DNA from: Octopus vulgaris
Taxonomy: Eukaryota
NCBI GenBank assembly: GCA_951406725.2
Contig: OX597820.1
Location: forward strand, 77,748,001-77,812,000
Length of the DNA: 64,000 nucleotides
Reading direction: 5' to 3'
The notes beneath the pieces are model-generated. The model ran no database searches, was not told the DNA's origin, and was given only the letters and a program-made list of their open reading frames with translations. This document shows, piece by piece, positions 58,185 to 64,000 of the stretch; the stretch's first letter is position 1, and the number at the start of each line of letters is the position of its first letter. A program made the translations under genes and the position numbers.

Positions 58185-58252
58185 CGAGTAAGCACATAAA
58201 TGTGGTACAGAGTGAAAGAATAGTACTCGAATACCAGAGGTAGAGTAAAATT

Positions 58253-58519
58253 CTTTATTATTGAAGCTGCAAAAACATGAAAAGAATATCACAAGAGCTG
58301 CTACTCAGGATTTCAGGGCCCCATTCATCGGGCTGTTGTGATCCAGAATGGAACGAAATAAGGTTGTATGTATAATATATTGATATTAAAATATAGATTT
58401 TATTTATAACCTTAATTTTTCATCCATTTTGGATCACAACTGCCCGATAGACGGGAACGTGAAACTCTCGGTGACTTTTCTTGTATTATTTTTGTGATGT
58501 TTTTGCAGCTTTAATAATA

Positions 58520-58522
<3 letters not shown>
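58253..58522. repeat. Long inverted repeat with two head-to-head CCGA-core hammerhead-like motifs
   Basis: Arms ~58253-58375 and ~58400-58522. Minus: CCGATGA-ATGGGGCCCT-GAAAT-CCTGA-GTA-GCAG. Plus: CCGATAG-ACGGGAACGT-GAAAC-TCTCG-GTG. Same family as 31660-31825. Confidence 0.85.
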
Positions 58523-58572
<50 letters not shown>

Positions 58573-58619
58573 GGTGTGTGGGTGAGTGTGTGTGTGTGTG
58601 CGCGCATACTATAGTGTAC

Positions 58620-59265
58620 TGAAGCGTTCCTACCGAAACCGTTCTTTAAATTTCTAAAGGCTAACTTCACACCACAGCAAAAATGCTACCCTGTCTTCAA
58701 TAAACCATCTGTTAAAATCTCCTACTCTAACATTCCTAATTTGGGATTCATAGTCGCCTCATCTAACAGACTCAATCTCCTCTTCTAACAGTCCTTGGAA
58801 CCTGTAACTATTCACATTGCACTCCACATCAACCTATGTAGTGGCAATAATACAACCCTCAGCAGCCCACCTCGACTAAATAATAACATACTGAAGGCAT
58901 CTTCGCACAATACTACCACTCATATGACAACATATACTAGCAGTGATACTCCCCCCACAATCCAATATTGATACCGATTTTACTTCCAGTTCTTGTCCAC
59001 TAATATCAGACCATAGTAATTTGACCTCCCCTGCGGTAAACTGCAACCGCAGAGCATGTAGGAAAGCGTGCAATTGTTGGGTTTCTCAACTCTGCCCCTT
59101 TGAAGTCTCTGTCTGCGTAAAAATGTGGTCTACAAGTGCCGTATTATAAAACCACGCTCCCACCGAGCAAGGGTTACATCGGCACGGTTAATTTCAAGTA
59201 CCGCTACCATGCACACATGAGATTATTCTCCAATCTAAATTCTAAATTATCTACTGAAACTTCAG
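58620..59265 (+). pseudogene. Second PLE remnant (RT C-terminal linker plus GIY-YIG)
   Basis: FLKANF...VFNKPSVKISYSN.PNL..IV.SSN, CNC....CP, NVVYKC, YIG..FKYRY.AH...F. Frameshifted, ending in a SINE A head fragment. Confidence 0.8.
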
Positions 59266-59499
59266 CCATGTGGTTGGGAAGTAAGTTTCTTACCAGACAG
59301 CCACGTCTTATTCAGTGCATACACAACCTAATACATTTGTTATAACTTGTCGTTCCCGACTTTTTCCTTTTATTTGTTTGTTTGTGTGTTTTGCTCTTTG
59401 CCGAAGACGTATCTGCGTTTTGTGTTGTTTGAACTGTGAAATTCAGCACTTACTAGAGTTCCTAAACTGCAAAGACACTGCATAAAATATTGATTTCAA

Positions 59500-59700
59500 A
59501 TTTTGACACAAGGCCAGCAATTTCAGGGTGTGAGTTAGTCGATAACCTAGACCTCAGTATTCAACTGGTATTTATTTTATCGACGCCGAAAGCATGAAAA
59601 GTAAATTCGAACCCGGTAACATTTGAACTCAGAAACGTAAGTCGGACAAAATGTAGCTAATCCTGTTCTCCAGCGCGGTAACACATTTTCTAGCTCACCG
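59500..59700 (-). mobile_element. SINE family B (diverged)
   Basis: CACAAGGCC, TTTATCGAC.CCGAAAG.ATGAAA, TTTGAACTCAGA, AGCTCACCG. Confidence 0.75.
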
Positions 59701-60489
59701 TCCTCACATATAATACTGACCCATGAAATCATTTTCTCGATATCAATTTTGCTTTTATATTCGATTAATTACCTTACACGCGTTTCTTTTCAAATAAATA
59801 CCACGGATTTTTAATCAGTTTTTGCCCACAAAATATATTTAGAAATGCAAATATATTTTCGTACACACCTTCCTATTGTACATTTCCTGAGAGCAAAATG
59901 ACGCCTAGAATCTTATTGTAACAAAGCAAACTTCTTAACACTATATACATACCTGCGCCTGGATCATATATTGTTGAGTATTCCAATCATTTCCAGGAAT
60001 TTTCATGAATTGTATTTTGAAGAATGTATAAAATATGAGGTAAAATACAAACAGATAATATATCCTGCTGGGAAAGTATATTTTATTACTATTTATCAGC
60101 AAGTGATGTGGTGCCATTATTTACGATATTAGACTGCGAGCGAATAAGATTCGTTAAAAGAAATAAAATGGAATAATAGCTTTGTGCCTGCCAACTCTTT
60201 TTCAAGTACTGAAAGTTTCGAAATATTGTTTAAGAAACAGAAACAAATATAATAAATCCTTTAAATTACGATTAATATTAAATCATGAACAACTGTGTTC
60301 ATAAACAACTGTATGAGTTACAGACAACACAACGGCGAGCGAAACACCTACGAGTATTTTACGTTATATAACTATATAATCTGTGTGAATAAATTGATGA
60401 ATAAAATATGTACCAGTAATAGACACCGTATAGTAATAGACATATGTTCTTTATAAAACCGATTGGTTCTACAAAAGAAAACCTCCTTG

Positions 60490-60900
60490 ATTTTTCATTA
60501 TCATAGACGTACATCCAAAAAACACAAAAGGGTTGATAAGGCTTTGTCTTCGATTACACGGACATGGTTTGATAAGCAGCTGGTGCCTTTTGGAGCCGCG
60601 ACTTGGAACTGCAGGATTGCCTGCGGGAGGCATATAGCCTGATCGGGGAGATAAGATAAGAGGCCTTAGTGCCTCAATTTGAATTTGTATTGTTTGTAGT
60701 TTTTTTTGTAAGAGCCTCCTTGTCTCAATTTCTAAGGAAGATTGCGTCCATTTTCTGAACTGAGGTACCAGGTTCAATACCTCATTTGCTTTGTTGTTAA
60801 AAAAAAGAGAACAATGTTTTCAAGAATGCAACAATCGGCAGGTGTTGCTTCTCCCACCAACCATTTCTTTCATTCCATCACTATTGTGTCTTTGTCCATC
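60490..60900 (-). pseudogene. Decayed LINE reverse transcriptase fragment
   Basis: DGMKEMVGG, KWTQS, LRH*GLLSYL (YRPISLLS-like), FQ...KGTSCLSNH, LLCFLDV (FLD..KAFD-like) in the expected order. Confidence 0.45.
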
Positions 60901-61819
60901 CTGCAGCTATTACCTCTATGTACGGTTTTTGTAGCCAATTAAATTAAATAAGGCAGTTTGTCATAAGGTGTTAAGTTTGTTTAGAATGTACTAAACTTTC
61001 CCATAAACAATTACTCTGCAGAAATTCGTAGAAAATTTAATCCCTAACAAGCATCATTTTACATTAATAAACCCAGCCTGTACAAACCATGTATGTATGT
61101 GTGTGCGCGCGCGTGTGTGTGTGTGTGTGTGTATGTGTGTGTGTGTGTGTGTAAACCCATTTTTCAATCTTTGTAGATCTGCTTCGGGACTGAATAGATG
61201 CTACACAGATAAAACTTGAGCGAATTCACAGATTTATTTCTGGACTGAAGTTCTACATTATTAAATTGTCTTATTACTGATTTATATACCACCACATTCA
61301 TTACACAAACCATTGTTTTAATCGTACATTCTTTCATGTTCATGCATAAATTATATTAATATGTATGTTTTGCATATTTCGAACTTTGTATATGTTTATG
61401 ATGTTGAATCATATATATACATTTTCACGTATATAATAGATCATTCGATTACACTTTGTAACTTGAAACTTTGGCATCCAAATTTCATGGAGAAATTAAT
61501 TGAATACTTATGTTTCATAGGTTTTTTTTCTGAGCGTTTCAAACTTAGGTGTTAAATTAATTTACTGCGTTCACAGCTTGAAAGCACTTTAATTTTGAAG
61601 AGCAATTGGAATTACGGAAAGTTTGAAATCTGTATAATATTATATAATATTACTATATCATACAGAACACTAAGCAATATAGTTCTGAATTTTAGAAATT
61701 ATTTTAGAATATGGAAACATTATGGTCCCCTTCAATTGTCTCAGAAATCAATTTTAATATCCATACTTTACCACAGGAAATCTACCTACTTATGCATATA
61801 TTTATCTATTTATGTATCA

Positions 61820-61856
<37 letters not shown>

Positions 61857-61884
61857 TAGTATATTTATATATATATATATATAT

Positions 61885-61927
<43 letters not shown>

Positions 61928-61989
61928 TATATATACAAATATACATATATATATATACATATATAAATATACTTATATATATATATATG

Positions 61990-62021
<32 letters not shown>

Positions 62022-62125
62022 CATATATATGTATATACACACATATGTACGTAAATGGGTATTTACATATGCATATATCTATATATGTATAAGCATATAT
62101 ATAGATAGGTAGATATATACATATG

Positions 62126-62174
<49 letters not shown>

Positions 62175-62350
62175 GTGTGTGTTTATATATGTATACATAT
62201 ATATATATATATATATATACATACAGATACATATGTACATATATGTGTATATATATCACATATATATATACATCCTTATAGAGTTTCATACATAATACAT
62301 ACATGCATACATACATACATATATATATATATACATACATACATACATGT
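61820..62350. repeat. Compound (TA)n/(CATA)n microsatellite field
   Basis: Direct reading. Confidence 0.95.
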
Positions 62351-63161
62351 ATACTACGATTAAGTGTTAATGTGCAATTCTTATAATAAATAACTATCGA
62401 TGTTGTTAAATGTTAAATGAAATTCAAACATATAGTGATAAATGTTTCAGCTTACTGCGACCATTATTAAGTAGGAATGGCAATTCAGAGCCAGGAGAAT
62501 ATAGTTATTAACGATAAGTTATGCAAGTGAAATCGAGAATATATATATATATATATATATATATATGACCTTAGAAAAAACGGTGATTTATTTTTATTCA
62601 TTTATTTATTTATTCATTTTGCATCGTCTGTGTCATACTGCTTAACGGTTGTGCTGACAGCACTTTGAGGTTTTCAATAGGTGTGTATGATTCACAAATA
62701 TTTTTATGTTACTTTGACCTCTCAATGTAATTTTCTTTGTTCTTGGAAAGGAGATGAAAATTACTTCCAAAATGGGACTTAATGGAAGATTGAAATCTAA
62801 TTTAATAAACTGTAATACTCTATTATTCAGGTGAAAAGGAAAGCTTGTTTAAAGTAATATATTGGTTAATCGTCGTACAGGGAAATAATTTTCCATACTG
62901 TTTCTTTACTTTAGGTTATAGTAGGACGTATTTGGGTATTTTTAGGGAATAATTGCTGCTAATGAAACACTTTGGTGAACATTAATTACGGTTATTGTTT
63001 AAGTATCCTTTCTTCTGAGCTGTTAGCTCGCGGTCTTGAATTAGAATTTTGCTAAACCTTCTATAAAAGAGTATTTTAATGTTCTTCATAAGAGGCCTTA
63101 TTTTATATCAAAGGTTTCTGTAACACATGTACAACAAACATAACCAATTTTCTGTGTTGTC

Positions 63162-63542
63162 GCCTCACTCATTGGCCCAGTGCTTAGGGCAGCGCCTCGT
63201 GGTCGTAGGATCCCGGCTTTGATTCCCAGGCCAGGCGTTATGAGTGTTTATTGAGCGAAAACACCTAAAGTTCCACGAGACTCCGGCAGCAGTTGCTGGT
63301 GAACCCTGCTTTACTCTTTCACCACAGCTTTCTCTCACTCTTTCTTCTTCTTTCTGTTGTACCTGTATTTCAAAGAGGCCAGCTTTGTCACACTCTGTGT
63401 CACGCTGAATCTCCCCGAGAACTACGTTAAGGGTACATGTGGCTGAGGAGTGCTCAGCCACTTGCACGTTAATTTCACGAGCAGGCTGTTCTGTTGATCG
63501 GATCAACTGGAACCCTCGTCGTCGTAACCGATGGAGTGCCAC
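63162..63542 (+). mobile_element. tRNA-derived SINE family C
   Basis: A box TGGCCCAGTGCTTAGG, B-box-like TTTGATTCCC, GC-rich body unlike families A and B, ending GATCGGATCAACTGGAACCCTCGTCGTCGTAACCGATGGAGTGCC. Confidence 0.75.
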
Positions 63543-64000
63543 GATCATTTAAAATAGTGATGTATGTATAACTTCGAGGAAAATTTTTATTTGCAAAGTA
63601 AGTTTAACAAATAAGATATGAATACAGCGACATTTGGTCTATCTGAGATTCTCGAAGAATTAACAAAACTGCCTTCCCTACCATCTTTTAATATCCTAAG
63701 ATTGTGGAAGATTCAGTGTTATGTTCCATGTCCGTGGGAGCGTGTACGAGGGATCCAATTGTCGGAAGAGTTATTTGAAAACATCATTTTATCAAAGTTT
63801 TCTTGAAAAACTGGAACAAGCAATGCCTTGTTGTGTGCGGCTGTACTTATGTTATCGCTGTATAAAAGGCATAAAAGATAGAACAGAAAAGGGGATTGTG
63901 ATTGGGAGCAGGCAGAAGAGAACTACCAACACACACAGAAATGAGCAATCTGATAGGATGCTGCAGGTGAATCAGTTAAGAGGTGGTAAAAGCCAGTAAA

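Noticed and set aside
63746-64000. TACGAGGG as a mariner TIR start and a 92-aa ORF
   Set aside because: The match is only 8 bp, no transposase motif follows, and it is cut by the window edge.

Overview
AT-rich, microsatellite-dense eukaryotic DNA with no intact host protein-coding gene that I can support. The SINE families and (TA)n/(GATA)n/(TAA)n density suggest an octopus/cephalopod intergenic or intronic region (inference). Most of the ORF track is microsatellite artefact. Recognisable content: four tRNA-SINE families, several Tc1/mariner elements (one full length with a single homopolymer frameshift), a hAT remnant, a non-autonomous Helitron, Gypsy, L1/Tx1 and LINE RT remnants, two R4/Dong-like RLE retrotransposon copies ending in (TAA)n, and Penelope-like element (PLE) GIY-YIG remnants. 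The hidden layer is about a dozen minimal type I hammerhead-ribozyme (HHR) motifs from several unrelated families, mostly beside (TA)n tracts and often in head-to-head inverted pairs. The best candidate for a new system is at 41973-43083: a tRNA-headed (Pol III) SINE carrying a (TAA)n tract and a hammerhead, present as a head-to-head pair, with an R4/Dong-like element inserted in one TAA tract. All calls are by eye; no folding or database search was run.
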